In this document: one piece after another, positions 1 to 8,552 of the stretch | Layout: the number at the start of each line of letters is the position of its first letter | Position numbering within the stretch: the first letter of the stretch is position 1 | DNA from: a virus | Direction: 5' to 3' (one strand) | Virus record (IMG/VR): IMGVR_UViG_3300027659_000009 | Span: 102,353 to 166,352 of that record | DNA length: 64,000 nt | Translations under genes and position numbers: made by a program | Notes under the pieces: generated by a model | Database searches by the model: none | Told to the model about the DNA's origin: nothing | Seen by the model: the letters and a program-made list of their open reading frames with translations, nothing else

Positions 1-41
1 CATTCTTATCTGCCATTAAAAAGTTTGGTTTATATTATTTT

Positions 42-401
42 ATGGAAACAACACAAATTCCATTTACTGATATAATATTAAAAATAGGTGAACCGACAAG
101 AGATATAGTAGAACGATACATTATAGATTTCATAATGGATGAAGGTTCAATAGATTATCCTGGTGATGGAGAGGGATTTTATGTTGATATTGATTTATAT
201 TTGACAGGTTTAAAAGTTATAGATAAAGTAATCAGTGATGGTAATTTACTAGAGATTGAGGTAACAGAATATGAGAGAGGGCGGTACGGTTATAATGAAG
301 AAGTTGCCAATTATATAAATGAATCAAAGGAATTTGATGACAGTGTTATATACGAAATATTTAATACCGTTAGAAAAAGAAAAGAATTTCGAAGACAATA
401 A
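42..401 (+). CDS. hypothetical acidic protein
   Basis: 119-aa ORF, co-oriented with neighbours; no recognisable motif. Confidence 0.6.
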   Translation: METTQIPFTDIILKIGEPTRDIVERYIIDFIMDEGSIDYPGDGEGFYVDIDLYLTGLKVIDKVISDGNLLEIEVTEYERGRYGYNEEVANYINESKEFDDSVIYEIFNTVRKRKEFRRQ

Positions 402-411
402 GAATTAATAT

Positions 412-852
412 ATGAACCTACAAGAATCCATAAGAAGAATATTAAGGGAAGATGAATATACTCCTGCAGGTAAAGAAATAACGCCAAACAAAATTGTTAT
501 ACACAAATCTAATCCAATGTTTAGGGACAATATATTAATGGATGGGTTAAGGGTTAAATCAGGAGAATGTTATAAAATATATGTTGGTTATGGTATCAAG
601 TGTAAACCCGCAATCTTTGCTACCAACTCAACAAATAAAAGAGCGTGGTTTGATTCAACTTATGATGATGATATATGGGAAATAAATACAGAAATGATTC
701 CCGATGTTATGTGGTATAAAGATAGACATTATGATACAAGATCAAAACATATTGTAACATTTCAAGACATACCTTTAAATGCTTTAACTTTAAAATACAA
801 AGGTGAAAGTATTGGTGATAGTACTTTACAAGAATCTATAAGAAGTTATTGA
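412..852 (+). CDS. leader-bearing protein, possible ADP-ribosyltransferase-like fold
   Basis: Leader MNLQESIRRILRE; body VIHKS..I...GL, AIFAT and IP..AL resemble Tpt1/KptA-type ART folds (tentative). Confidence 0.45.
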   Translation: MNLQESIRRILREDEYTPAGKEITPNKIVIHKSNPMFRDNILMDGLRVKSGECYKIYVGYGIKCKPAIFATNSTNKRAWFDSTYDDDIWEINTEMIPDVMWYKDRHYDTRSKHIVTFQDIPLNALTLKYKGESIGDSTLQESIRSY

Positions 853-932
853 ACGATATATACATAGGGATTGAACGATATATACATAGGGATAACGAAG
901 TAAGTATATAAGAAGAATATTTGAACCTCTAT
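851..932 (+). repeat. intergenic repeat: GAACGATATATACATAGGGA x2 plus tail, near-identical copy at 2561-2620
   Basis: 851-870 equals 873-892; 873-932 matches 2561-2620; partial copy near 4459. Confidence 0.9.
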
Positions 933-950
933 GTTGATATAGGGGTTTTT
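924..950 (+). terminator. intrinsic terminator
   Basis: AACCTCTAT...ATAGGGGTT stem followed by a T run. Confidence 0.7.
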
Positions 951-962
951 ATGTTTTTGTCG

Positions 963-970
963 ATATTTAT
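963..970 (+). promoter_or_regulatory. putative phage late promoter ATATTTAT (representative of about 30 copies)
   Basis: (A)TATTTAT lies a few to ~60 nt upstream of most leader-bearing and head genes, oriented with the gene, including minus-strand genes (near 39254, 63265). Confidence 0.75.
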
Positions 971-978
971 TTAATAGT

Positions 979-2559
979 ATGAAGATAATTGTCACAGAAG
1001 AACAAATAAAAAAAATCATAAATAATGTTTATGGTAATATATTATTTGAGGAAACTAAACCAAAACCTAAAAATCAAACTTATACTACAGTTCAAGATCG
1101 GTTGTTAACAAAAAATACTTTGACGGGAGGGGAATTAAAAATACCAAAGGGTACTAGATTTACCGCACACCAAAGTGGTGATAGAAAAGAAACTGGTGGT
1201 GCGGATTTTACGGCATCTGTAGATAGAATTACAAATGGTAAAAATAAACCTTCTACTACTTTTTATTGTAATGGAACAAATGCTGGTAAATTTTGGAACG
1301 TAGCGTCAAAATCTTGGTACTACGATAAAACAAAAGTACTTTCAGGATATCTATCCAAAAATTTGTGTACTAAATCATACGGAGATCAATATTATTGGGA
1401 AAATATGGTCAAATGGAGTGAACAAAAACAAGAGAAAGAAGAAGATGCTTGGGCACTTGAAAATAGTCCGTATGTTGACGCAACTGGTAAAAAAGTTATG
1501 TACGATAAAAGTACTGAATTTAAAAAGAATTACGATTTCTTAAAAAGTCAAGGATTAAATGTTGATGGTCTTATGAGTTCATCAATGCCGCGTCCACTAA
1601 GTGCAAACCATCATTTTAACTTGTGTGCATTATTTAGTATAAAAGATATTACAAATTTTCAAGCCAACAAGATCGGTTGGAATAATAAAGAATGTATGTC
1701 AATTGGTTTGTCTAGTTTAGGTAATGTTAAAATGAAGTCAAAATTATTAAATACTTATGACTCATCGGTGGGGACTCTTATTGATAACCGAAAATCACCA
1801 CTATATACTCAATTTAGTAATACTGTATCTCCATCTTACGCAAATTTCTTCCTATCTGACTTTTATTTCCAATGGGGTAAATTACTTAATGATATTAATG
1901 ATAGTGAGTCTTCCGCTGCTACGGTTTATTTCCCTGATGGTGTTTATAATTTTATGTCAACATATTATGGAACACCAAATGTTAGTAAAATAAAAAAGAC
2001 GATAGAATCAGTAAATGCGGGATGTCAAGGAGGAGGATTAACTCCAGAACAAGGTCATAAAATACTTTCTACACTAACATTTATTAGTACATTTATTCCT
2101 GTTGTTGGACCATTTATTGCCGCTGGATTGGGCACGGTTGATGCTGCAATACTTTATAGTGAAGGTAAAAAAACTGAGGCAGCACTTACTGTTGCTCTAA
2201 GTATAATACCTTTTGTTGGTGAGATTCCTGCGTTAAAAGGTATTGGACAAGAGGTATTTAAAAGTGCTGCTACTAAATTAGCCACTAAAGTCCCATTAAA
2301 TGCTGAGGAAATTTCTGCGTTTGGGAAACTTACAGGAGCCAAAGAGGAATTTGATATTTTAGTAAAACAATGGGTTGCCAGTAAAGTGTCAAGTCCTGCG
2401 GTTCAACAAATTGTTCAAGTTGTAAAGAAAAAAGGTGAGGGGTACTTAGTCGATAAAATGTCGGAAAAAATTGGTGTTCCACTTAAGAAACCCACTGACA
2501 TTGTAAAAAATGTTACAAAAGATGCGGCAAAATATTTGGCAAAGAAAATTGATTCTTAA
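979..2559 (+). CDS. leader-bearing putative virion protein with C-terminal pre-toxin-TG-like hydrophobic hairpin
   Basis: Leader MKIIVTEEQIKKII; C-terminal FIPVVGPFIAAGLGTVDAAILYSEG...ALSIIPFVG. Confidence 0.6.
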   Translation: MKIIVTEEQIKKIINNVYGNILFEETKPKPKNQTYTTVQDRLLTKNTLTGGELKIPKGTRFTAHQSGDRKETGGADFTASVDRITNGKNKPSTTFYCNGTNAGKFWNVASKSWYYDKTKVLSGYLSKNLCTKSYGDQYYWENMVKWSEQKQEKEEDAWALENSPYVDATGKKVMYDKSTEFKKNYDFLKSQGLNVDGLMSSSMPRPLSANHHFNLCALFSIKDITNFQANKIGWNNKECMSIGLSSLGNVKMKSKLLNTYDSSVGTLIDNRKSPLYTQFSNTVSPSYANFFLSDFYFQWGKLLNDINDSESSAATVYFPDGVYNFMSTYYGTPNVSKIKKTIESVNAGCQGGGLTPEQGHKILSTLTFISTFIPVVGPFIAAGLGTVDAAILYSEGKKTEAALTVALSIIPFVGEIPALKGIGQEVFKSAATKLATKVPLNAEEISAFGKLTGAKEEFDILVKQWVASKVSSPAVQQIVQVVKKKGEGYLVDKMSEKIGVPLKKPTDIVKNVTKDAAKYLAKKIDS

Positions 2560-2560
2560 T

Positions 2561-2620
2561 GAACGATATATACATAGGGATAACGAAGTAAGTATATAAG
2601 AAGAATATTTGAACCTCTAT
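2561..2620 (+). repeat. second copy of the intergenic repeat, running into a terminator
   Basis: Matches 873-932. Confidence 0.9.
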
Positions 2621-2669
2621 AGTAAGAGGTTTTTGTTTTTGTCGATATTTATTAATAAATTAAAATATT

Positions 2670-3206
2670 ATGGCAAGAATTATAAGATTAACAGAAAGAG
2701 ATTTAACAAGATTGGTTAGACGAGTTATAAGAGAACAATTAACGGGTGAGGGTAACCAACCCGTAAGTAACGGTAAAAAAAATACAATTATTGAGATAAC
2801 CAACCAATCTCAAGTTCCACAATCTTTGGTTGACAATGCTCCCCCCGTTGGGTATTATGATGCTAATAGGGGTTCTCATGATGAGAAAGGCCAATATATT
2901 GATATTACAGATGAAAATGGTGTAACATACCGATTAAGGAATTTTGATTTCAACTTGGCAGCACATAGTACAAAAGGGATTATCGAAGCGGAATATAATA
3001 GTAACTTATTTCAAGGGGGTAAAGATTCTTCGGGTAGAGAATTGATAGCATATTTTAATGGTGTTCCAGGTTCTGAAGTTGTTCTTAATAACAAAGATAA
3101 ATGGATTGGTTTTACGTCTGACGATAGTTCAATAAAGTTTGCATGTTTTTCAGACAAGACAGGAACCTTCTCTTGTAAAAAATATAAATGGGATATACCA
3201 AAATAA
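2670..3206 (+). CDS. leader-bearing hypothetical (putative capsid cargo)
   Basis: Leader MARIIRLTERDLTRLVRRVIRE; late motif at 2645. Confidence 0.75.
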   Translation: MARIIRLTERDLTRLVRRVIREQLTGEGNQPVSNGKKNTIIEITNQSQVPQSLVDNAPPVGYYDANRGSHDEKGQYIDITDENGVTYRLRNFDFNLAAHSTKGIIEAEYNSNLFQGGKDSSGRELIAYFNGVPGSEVVLNNKDKWIGFTSDDSSIKFACFSDKTGTFSCKKYKWDIPK

Positions 3207-3338
3207 TAATAAAACAGTATTTCAAATTAAATCAGTTTTTTTTTTGAACATAGAAGTATTTATAATAAATTAAAATATTTGGGGGGTTTTTTGTTTTTTT
3301 TTATATATCGAAGTATTTATTAATAAACAAAAAATATT

Positions 3339-3704
3339 ATGGGAAGAATTATAAGATTAACAGAAAGAGATTTAACAAGATTGGTTAGACGAGTTATAAG
3401 AGAACAATCAGAGTCTGCCGTTTTTAACAAACAATATTTTATGGGTAAAAAAACAGGTAAAGTTAATTTTGACAATTCTGGATTCCCCACAACTGTTGAT
3501 GGTGTTGAGATAACTGATTACGATACTCAGTGGAAAAATAATTTTACCGTTAGAAATATTGGGGGTAGAGGTTTCCGTGGAGGGGACTACAATTGGACTT
3601 ATAGTGAAACTGTAGATTCAGGGATAATGGGACCTAACCAGAAAAAACCTGGAATCTCAATTACAGACGCTCAAAATCAAGAAGTCGGCACATTACTATT
3701 TTAA
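3339..3704 (+). CDS. leader-bearing hypothetical (putative capsid cargo)
   Basis: Leader MGRIIRLTERDLTRLVRRVIRE, DNA essentially identical to that of the 2670 gene; unrelated body. Confidence 0.75.
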   Translation: MGRIIRLTERDLTRLVRRVIREQSESAVFNKQYFMGKKTGKVNFDNSGFPTTVDGVEITDYDTQWKNNFTVRNIGGRGFRGGDYNWTYSETVDSGIMGPNQKKPGISITDAQNQEVGTLLF

Positions 3705-3726
3705 AAAAATACTTTATAGAATAAAA

Positions 3727-3758
3727 AACCCCATTCCTAATAAGAGTGGGGGGTTTTT
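3727..3758 (+). terminator. intrinsic terminator
   Basis: AACCCCATTC...GAGTGGGG stem plus T run; similar hairpin near 18900. Confidence 0.7.
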
Positions 3759-3783
3759 TGTTTATAACATATATTTATAATAT

Positions 3784-4419
3784 ATGAACATACAAGAAGA
3801 AATAAAAAGAATGAGACAAATGATGGGATTGAATGAACAAAAAGGTTCAATCACGTTAAGACTTGAAGGCCCTGTACAAACAGATTATACATATAATGGT
3901 CAAGAAGAACAAATATCATATCATATATATTCGGAGTTAAAAAAACTTAATGATGCAACGCAAATAACTAACGAAGATAAAACATATGCTGATTATGAAA
4001 TGCAAGGTTATACAAATACTAAAAACGTTGAAGACACAATCAAAAAAGTAATACCATCGGTCACTTGTACAGTTAACGGTATGGATATAACGTGCACATT
4101 CACATTGAGTAAATCCTTAAACGAACAGGTTGGGTCAGAATATAATTTTAATACTGATGGAATGAAATCCGAAACACACGTATATACAATTACTGACATA
4201 CAAGATTCTTCAAAAAAACAACGAGATCCTGCGGACCCTAAAAATAATACAAGAACAATACCTACAAAAAAAATAACATTGCAATGGACAAATCCACCAC
4301 AAGGATTACCGTCTGAAACTATTGTAATCACTAAAGAGTGTGGAAACAACACAATTACACCTCCGCGTGGGTATACATTAGACAATAAATTTATTGAATA
4401 TGTAAACGGATTGTGTTAA
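3784..4419 (+). CDS. leader-bearing two-module hypothetical
   Basis: Leader MNIQEEIKRMRQMMGLNE/QKGS; internal SLNE/QVGS. Confidence 0.7.
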   Translation: MNIQEEIKRMRQMMGLNEQKGSITLRLEGPVQTDYTYNGQEEQISYHIYSELKKLNDATQITNEDKTYADYEMQGYTNTKNVEDTIKKVIPSVTCTVNGMDITCTFTLSKSLNEQVGSEYNFNTDGMKSETHVYTITDIQDSSKKQRDPADPKNNTRTIPTKKITLQWTNPPQGLPSETIVITKECGNNTITPPRGYTLDNKFIEYVNGLC

Positions 4420-4585
4420 GATTCTCAAAGTCGGCAATAAAATCAAACTACAATAACTAATATTTGAACCTTTATAGTGATATAGGGGTTTTTTTATGAT
4501 ATGTAAAATGAAATCCTTATAATATGTAAAGTAATATCCATCAAGAAGGGTTGGGATGATCGGACAAAAGGGGTATCATTCGTTT

Positions 4586-4614
4586 TTGACATTGTAGTAT
4601 GAAATTATTATAAT
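4586..4614 (+). promoter_or_regulatory. TTGACA-N17-TATAAT promoter
   Basis: Exact consensus with 17-nt spacer; near-duplicate at 5165-5193. Confidence 0.7.
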
Positions 4615-4620
4615 TGTGGA

Positions 4621-5181
4621 ATGGAAAAGAAAGTATGTAATACATGTGATGTAAATAAATCCATTAATGAATATAGGGATAGGAATCAGTGTAAACAATG
4701 TGAAAATAAAATAAGATACCAACGTAATAAAGAACGTAGATTAAATGATTCTGAATACAACGATAGATGGAAAAAGTATGATGTATACAGAAAAAGAAAA
4801 AAAGAGAATGAAGACCCTTATACTATGTTTATACAAATAGTAAGACAAACAATTCGTAGAGGAATAAAAAGAAAAGGGTATACAAAGAAATCTAATGCGT
4901 ATAAGATATTAGATTGTACATACGAAGAATTTAAAACACATATAGAATCACAATTTAAAGAATGGATGAATTGGGATAACTATGGTAAGTATAACGGAGA
5001 AGAAAGATATGGATGGGATTTGGATCACATTATACCGTTATCATCTGGTAAGTGTGAAGAAGATATCATTAGATTAAATCACCATAGTAATATACAACCA
5101 CTATGTTCGTATATAAACAGATGTGTGAAGAAAGATAAAATAGAAAAAGGGATATCAAACGTATTTGACATTGTAGAATAA
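4621..5181 (+). CDS. HNH endonuclease with N-terminal Zn finger
   Basis: CxxC...CxxC; WMNWDNYG, WDLDHIIPLS, HHSNIQPL..N..K. Confidence 0.8.
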   Translation: MEKKVCNTCDVNKSINEYRDRNQCKQCENKIRYQRNKERRLNDSEYNDRWKKYDVYRKRKKENEDPYTMFIQIVRQTIRRGIKRKGYTKKSNAYKILDCTYEEFKTHIESQFKEWMNWDNYGKYNGEERYGWDLDHIIPLSSGKCEEDIIRLNHHSNIQPLCSYINRCVKKDKIEKGISNVFDIVE

Positions 5182-5193
5182 AGTCATTATAAT
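5165..5193 (+). promoter_or_regulatory. TTGACA-N17-TATAAT promoter overlapping the HNH 3' end
   Basis: Exact consensus. Confidence 0.7.
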
Positions 5194-5289
5194 TGTGATA
5201 GTATATAAGATAAAATAAAATAAGAATGATATATAGATTAAGATATAAGTTGTTAAAATATATTCTAAGAAAATTAGTAATAAAATAAT

Positions 5290-5751
5290 ATGTATAATAA
5301 AAAAGGAAAAATAGGTTTTACTGCGGGTAACTTTGATTTGTTACATCCGGGTTATATATACACATTTGAGACTGCGAAAGAAAACTGTGATTACTTTATA
5401 GTATTCTTACAAAGAGATCCATCTGAAACAAGATTCACTAAATATAAACCAGTCGTACCTTTGTATGAAAGATATAAAATTTTAATGTCTATTAAATACG
5501 TTGATGAAGTAGTAACATATCAGACAGAAGAAGATCTTATTAAGTTAATTGAATTCTATAAACCAGATGTGAGAATTTTAGGTGATGATTATATAGGTAA
5601 AAGATTTACTGGAGATCACTTACCTATTGATGTAATATACACAACAAGATCACATAATTGGTCAACAACTAAATTAAAAGACCTTATTACTAAACAGACT
5701 TTAAAACAAAATCCTGATATACTAAAAAAATTGGAATCAGATGAAATATAA
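5290..5751 (+). CDS. cytidylyltransferase (TagD/glycerol-3-phosphate cytidylyltransferase-like)
   Basis: FTAGNFDLLHPGY (HxGH variant), ER..IL.SIKYVDEV, GDDY, RSHNWSTT. Confidence 0.85.
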   Translation: MYNKKGKIGFTAGNFDLLHPGYIYTFETAKENCDYFIVFLQRDPSETRFTKYKPVVPLYERYKILMSIKYVDEVVTYQTEEDLIKLIEFYKPDVRILGDDYIGKRFTGDHLPIDVIYTTRSHNWSTTKLKDLITKQTLKQNPDILKKLESDEI

Positions 5752-5856
5752 TAACGTAATACACATTATAAGTCTATAATCTTATAATCATTTTAAGACC
5801 GTCTAGACACTATCGATTACAGATATATTTAGTTGTTTACTTAAATTAAAATACAA

Positions 5857-6042
5857 ATGATAACAGAAGAAGATTACTTAAAAGCAAAGTGGATAGTTCA
5901 AGAATACGAAAAACAATTGAATATATCTGGTGTTATAAAATCGGTTTGTTCACACCCTAAAGATTGTTTACTTATTAGAGGCAAAAATAAACCATTTCGA
6001 TGTACATTGTGCGGGAAGTTGATTGAACAAACTGTTTTATAA
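5857..6042 (+). CDS. small Zn-ribbon hypothetical
   Basis: CxH...CxxCG; contains a 21-bp inverted repeat. Confidence 0.55.
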   Translation: MITEEDYLKAKWIVQEYEKQLNISGVIKSVCSHPKDCLLIRGKNKPFRCTLCGKLIEQTVL

Positions 6043-6478
6043 CATATCACTATGGTACACTATGATATATAATAAACGATCGTTTAATGTGGTGTACCAG
6101 AAACCACCACAATTAAATCTATAAACTGTACCTTTAGTATAAAATGTATTTGCCTCATTAAAATAACACTAATTTAATAATCGATGTTTACGGTGGTAAA
6201 TTGTGGGAATTTTATTAACGTTTAATCAGAAAGGTATAGAAAACATTGCGTTGACCGTAGATTTACCCTATTTTTTTTCTGAAAATTTTAAGAACTTATT
6301 ACAAATATACTGAAAAAAACTGTAAAAATCAACTTTTTAGAATAAAAGTTATTAACAAAAACTGAACTTTACCACTTTTTACCACAACCATATATTTAAT
6401 AGTATGGGAGACGAAGAACAAGAGTGGGAACACGGGGATAATATCACATTTTAATATGGTTCTCTATATTTATAATAA

Positions 6479-7531
6479 ATGAATAGAGAAACGTATTTAG
6501 TGAGAGTATTAGATATGATTATCAGAGATAGTCAGATAGAAGGAAAGAATATTATATATCCTTTCTCTTTACCCTTGTATTCACTTCAGAACAATCAATC
6601 TTATTCACCGTTACATGATAATTTTATTAAATACTGTAAGGATCAGTATGGATTGTCTGAGGAAGAGTCTAGGTATATGTGGTATGACTATAGTACTATT
6701 ATGGGTAGGACTGTAAAAGATGAAGATACTGAAACACCTGAGGAGGATTATATAGATGGGATGATTTACACACCTTTAGATGAAATATATTTATATGGTA
6801 ATTTAGAACCACAAGAGAGGGATGTAAAAGAATCATTAAGGGTATATGGTTTCAATAGTGAGGGACACTATAAGTTCTTTATGAGAGTATATAATAGAAT
6901 CATTGACTCGATAGAAATAAAACATTTAGGGAATGATAATCATTATGTTTTATTCATTAATGAATTCCGTAGAACTAGAGATGGTTTATTCGGGTTACGT
7001 TTATTAACAGATATTGGTAAATGTGATAAAGACTTTATAACATTTTCTTTAAGTTATACAGAATATATCTTCAGATGTTGTATAGATATATTAACAGAAG
7101 GGTTACCAGATGGTGGACAATATGTGGCGATTACTTTAAGTGATATGATATTAGAATACATCTATAAAAATGTATTTCAAAATAAAATACTTCAAAGGGG
7201 AATTTCATTAAATGGAATTAATGAATCAGAGGTGAGAATGGATCGTTTTATGGAAAAGATATTACAGTTCTTAATTGATGATACATACTATATAGAAGAT
7301 AATTTAATACAACTTCCATTCACTAATAAAACAGTGTCTATTCACTATACAAATACATACACTGAATGGAGTATATTAGATGTTATAACATATATACAAG
7401 AACCACCAAAATCATTTACTAATTACTGTGTAGATACATATGGGTTAGATTCAGAATCCATTAGTTTAGTATGGGATAAGTATAGAGTATTCCTAATGGA
7501 GAACTTCCTTAGTCTAACAAAAAGATATTAA
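6479..7531 (+). CDS. YGL-repeat family protein (two copies flanking a central region)
   Basis: YL.RVLD.II.D...YPF...FIKYCKDQYGL; after INE/S a second copy FLIDDT..LPF..NYCVDTYGL..VWDKY. Confidence 0.75.
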   Translation: MNRETYLVRVLDMIIRDSQIEGKNIIYPFSLPLYSLQNNQSYSPLHDNFIKYCKDQYGLSEEESRYMWYDYSTIMGRTVKDEDTETPEEDYIDGMIYTPLDEIYLYGNLEPQERDVKESLRVYGFNSEGHYKFFMRVYNRIIDSIEIKHLGNDNHYVLFINEFRRTRDGLFGLRLLTDIGKCDKDFITFSLSYTEYIFRCCIDILTEGLPDGGQYVAITLSDMILEYIYKNVFQNKILQRGISLNGINESEVRMDRFMEKILQFLIDDTYYIEDNLIQLPFTNKTVSIHYTNTYTEWSILDVITYIQEPPKSFTNYCVDTYGLDSESISLVWDKYRVFLMENFLSLTKRY

Positions 7532-7570
7532 TTTATTTGTGTATGTCATTTATTATTACTACCTTTGGTA

Positions 7571-7739
7571 TGTTGGTGGTAGTACCGAAACAGGCGTACA
7601 TCTGAAATAGATAGTGTGAAGGGATCAAAGGTCGGTTAGTCTAAGGTTTCCCTTATATAAAAATATAAGACAGGTCGGAGTATACCCTCTTAGAGAAGAA
7701 CCTGTTTCTCTGACCCGTCTCGGTTATTAACCACTGACA
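7571..7739 (-). ncRNA. putative ~170-nt structured ncRNA
   Basis: 5'/3' ends pair (GUGGU/ACCAC; ACCGAGACGGG/CCUGUUUCGGU, where mismatches become G-U only on the minus strand); internal hairpins; promoter-like motif at 7743-7774. Confidence 0.55.
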
Positions 7740-7799
7740 ATATAAAGGTACGAATAATTTTCGACATTACCAAATATTTATTAATATATTATTAAAGAA

Positions 7800-8216
7800 A
7801 TGAAGGTAACCATTAAAGGAATCATTAAGGAATCGAATGATAATAAACAAAGGTATTACGATAAAGTATCTAAGGTAATACATCTACCATATTTAAGGGA
7901 TCTTATATCATTAGGTGTACCACCAGATGAATGGAAACCTATATTATCTATTGTTTTTAAACAACCTGTGGCGATATCTGTTCACTCTATGGGTGATGAA
8001 ATTAAAAGTGGGTATGTAATAGATAAATTTACACAAATCATTTATGATGAAGATTCAAATGGTTATTATATAATAAGAGAATATGATAAGTTCCATAATA
8101 AAACATATCAATATAGAAGTATGGATAATTTTTGGGAGAAATCATTATTTAATGATAAGGGAGACTGTGTATATAAATCAAACTCTAAAGGTATTATATT
8201 TGATTTAAGGTATTGA
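7800..8216 (+). CDS. leader-bearing hypothetical; N-domain shared with the 14464 gene
   Basis: MKVTIKGIIKE/S; SKVI..PY..DL.SL.VP...W; C-terminal EDSNG-type beta repeats. Confidence 0.7.
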   Translation: MKVTIKGIIKESNDNKQRYYDKVSKVIHLPYLRDLISLGVPPDEWKPILSIVFKQPVAISVHSMGDEIKSGYVIDKFTQIIYDEDSNGYYIIREYDKFHNKTYQYRSMDNFWEKSLFNDKGDCVYKSNSKGIIFDLRY

Positions 8217-8265
8217 CTTTTTAATTTATTATAGTTAATATTGTATCATAGTTGTTTGATATATT

Positions 8266-8473
8266 AGTCTACGGGGTTCGTTCCTTCCTCCCCACCCTAT
8301 GGAAGGGAAAGGTGATTCTGGATGAACGAAAGTTTGTCATCACTGAACAACGTAGACTCGATGGGATCAGTAACATATCGTACAAAGGTATGAATACAAT
8401 CCCATCACTATTAAAGGGATAATTTAATCATCGGATACTGTTAAAAGATTCGTAAAAAATTATCCCTTTTTTT
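8266..8473 (+). ncRNA. putative structured ncRNA ending in a terminator-like stem
   Basis: Stems AGTCTACG/CGTAGACT, GATGGGAT/ATCCCATC, AAAGGGATAATTT/AAATTATCCCTTT plus T run; GAAA tetraloop hairpin; TTGACT-N17-TAATAT at 8213-8241. Confidence 0.55.
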
Positions 8474-8552
8474 ATTGTATTAAATTTGACATTGTAATAT
8501 ATAATCACTATATTTGTAGTATGAAAAACATCTAAACCATATATATAGTCCG

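Noticed and set aside
851-932. CRISPR array
   Set aside because: Only two adjacent 20-bp copies separated by 2 nt, no unique spacers and no cas genes.
6404-6454. 16-codon ORF MGDEEQEWEHGDNITF
   Set aside because: Too short, and preceded only by an imperfect late motif; cannot be supported.
8310-8350. Hammerhead ribozyme
   Set aside because: CTGGATGA...GAAA does not match the CUGAnGA core, and the GAAA caps a hairpin.
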